From positions 265,439 through 329,438 of the forward strand of contig CAVPZJ010000005.1 of the NCBI GenBank assembly GCA_963710255.1: a stretch of DNA of 64,000 bases. Direction: 5' to 3'. Each line of letters begins with the position of its first letter. Position 1 is the stretch's first letter. The notes below the pieces were generated by a model, which saw nothing but the letters and a program-made list of their open reading frames with translations, had not been told where the DNA came from and did no database searches. A program made the position numbers and the translations under genes. This DNA is from an uncultured Chloroflexia bacterium (GTDB taxonomy: Bacteria; Chloroflexota; Anaerolineae; Anaerolineales; E44-bin32). Shown piece after piece: positions 62,846-64,000 of the stretch.

Positions 62846-62864
62846 GGTCGTGCGTGGTTTTTAC
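62846..62864. repeat. Right copy of the imperfect direct repeat flanking the RAYT gene
   Basis: GGTCGTGCGTGGTTTTTAC. Differs from the left copy by a 4-nt TCGT indel and 2 mismatches. Overlaps the stop of the small membrane protein gene. Confidence 0.6.
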
Positions 62865-63097
62865 AACTCATCCTCGTCGGGGGCTTGCCCGCTCAGGCGG
62901 CGCAGCGTGCGGAAGCGGCCCCGCGTCCGGGGCTGCCGCCGTCGAGCGCGCCGGTGAAGCAGCAATCCCAGTGCGGCGACCGAGGCGCCGAGCAGGAAGA
63001 CCCGCAAATCCGCCTGCCCAATCTGGAGCGTGAGCAGGAAGATGGTCAGGGCGATGAGCCCGATCAGGATGAAGGCAGAGCCTAGCCGGGAAGCCAT
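62861..63097 (-). CDS. Small 2-TM membrane protein with basic C-terminal tail
   Basis: MASRLGSAFILIGLIALTIFLL...LLGASVAALGLLL then an RRARRRQPRTRGR tail. Start could be GTG 63127. Confidence 0.4.
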   Translation of the reverse strand: MASRLGSAFILIGLIALTIFLLTLQIGQADLRVFLLGASVAALGLLLHRRARRRQPRTRGRFRTLRRLSGQAPDEDEL

Positions 63098-63149
63098 GTT
63101 AAGAAAAAGGCTCCCTGCCCGTATCACGGACAGGGAGCCACAGCTCCTC

Positions 63150-64000
63150 TCAACTGATCAAGGTGTGGATCTGTTCGTGCAGGTAAAGCGGCAGGTAGTA
63201 ATGACCGCCGGCATTCTTACCGGAGGACCCGGAGCCTTTCCAGCCCCCGAAAGGTTGGAAGCCCGGCCAGGCGCCGGTCGTGGCTCCCTGGGGCCGGTTG
63301 GCGTAGGTCACGCCGGCCTGGATGTTCTCAAAGAACCAGCCCGTCTCCTCCTGCGAGCCGTAGAAGCCGGCCGTCAGGCCGTATTGGCTGTCGTTGGCGA
63401 GCTGCATGGCCTGTTCGATGCTCTCGACCGGGTGGACCATTGTGATGGGCAGGAACATCTCCAGCGACCAAAGTCGGTGGTCATGCGGAACGTCGATGGC
63501 GATGGTCGGTTCGCAGAAGAACCCCTTCTTGTAATCCCCGTCGCCCAGCACGCGCCCGCCGGTCAAGAAGCTCCCGGCTTCCGAAAGCTCCTCGGTGAAG
63601 GCTTTGAAATCGCTGTAGGCGCTCTTGTTCACGACCGGGCCGAGGAAGACCTCGCGCCGGGTGGGATCGCCGATGACCATCTTGTTCGTGACCTCGGACA
63701 GGCGCTCAATGAAGCTATCGTAAACAGGTTTTTCGACATAGATGCGGGAGTTGGCGGAACACTTCTGTCCCTGTAACCCGAAAGCCGAGCGGACGATGCC
63801 GGAGACGGCCCGCTCCAGGTCCGCGTTGCGGGAGACGATCGACGGGTTCTTGCCGCCCATCTCGAGGATCGTGGGACGCGGGTATTGTCCGGCGGCGAAG
63901 GAACGGTAGATCCCCATCCCGACGTCGTAGGACCCGGTGAAGGTGATGCCGTCCACCTGCGGGCTGTCGATGAGCGCCTGGCCCAGGGTGCTGCCAGGTC
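63150..64000 (-). CDS. Aldehyde dehydrogenase, L-glutamate gamma-semialdehyde (P5C) dehydrogenase-like (5' end outside window)
   Basis: ILEMGGKNP, GQKCSANSR (catalytic Cys), FGGWKGSGSSGK. The reading frame stays open to base 64000. Confidence 0.8.
   Translation of the reverse strand, partial: PGSTLGQALIDSPQVDGITFTGSYDVGMGIYRSFAAGQYPRPTILEMGGKNPSIVSRNADLERAVSGIVRSAFGLQGQKCSANSRIYVEKPVYDSFIERLSEVTNKMVIGDPTRREVFLGPVVNKSAYSDFKAFTEELSEAGSFLTGGRVLGDGDYKKGFFCEPTIAIDVPHDHRLWSLEMFLPITMVHPVESIEQAMQLANDSQYGLTAGFYGSQEETGWFFENIQAGVTYANRPQGATTGAWPGFQPFGGWKGSGSSGKNAGGHYYLPLYLHEQIHTLIS

Overview
GC-rich bacterial chromosomal window. I ran no alignments: every call rests on reading the supplied translations and the DNA. 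Gene content (SpoVS, Pro/Thr-linker lipoproteins, GAAC-N4-GTTC LexA-type boxes) suggests a Chloroflexota (Anaerolineae-like) genome, at low confidence. The backbone follows a Bacillus-like order, clpC-radA ... PIN/TRAM(yacL-like)-cysS-rlmB-tRNAs-tuf-rpmG-tRNA-secE-nusG-rplKAJL. About 41 kb lies between radA and the yacL-like gene. That stretch holds dnaA with an AT-rich upstream region, replication genes (priA, holA, holB), housekeeping enzymes, secreted lipoproteins, a Ser/Thr kinase and an NAD-type formate dehydrogenase operon. I count about 60 protein genes, 4 tRNAs, no rRNA and no CRISPR. Many ORF-track entries are fragments of single genes broken by single-base insertions in short homopolymers, so I stitched them; this looks like consensus error rather than gene decay. 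Main leads: (1) two promoters, each with tandem LexA-type boxes. One drives a soluble FtsK-like ATPase plus two small ORFs. The other drives a 4-TM protein plus a membrane-anchored lytic transglycosylase. (2) A tightly packed minus-strand cluster of AIM24-like, DEDDh exonuclease, an unassigned 442-aa nucleotidyltransferase-fold protein, DUF3786-like and CPBP/Abi protease genes, next to a RAYT-type transposase insertion. (3) A selenocysteine UGA with a SECIS-like hairpin in fdhA. (4) Two deoxynucleoside kinases translationally coupled to a nucleotidyltransferase, beside an orphan DNA methyltransferase.
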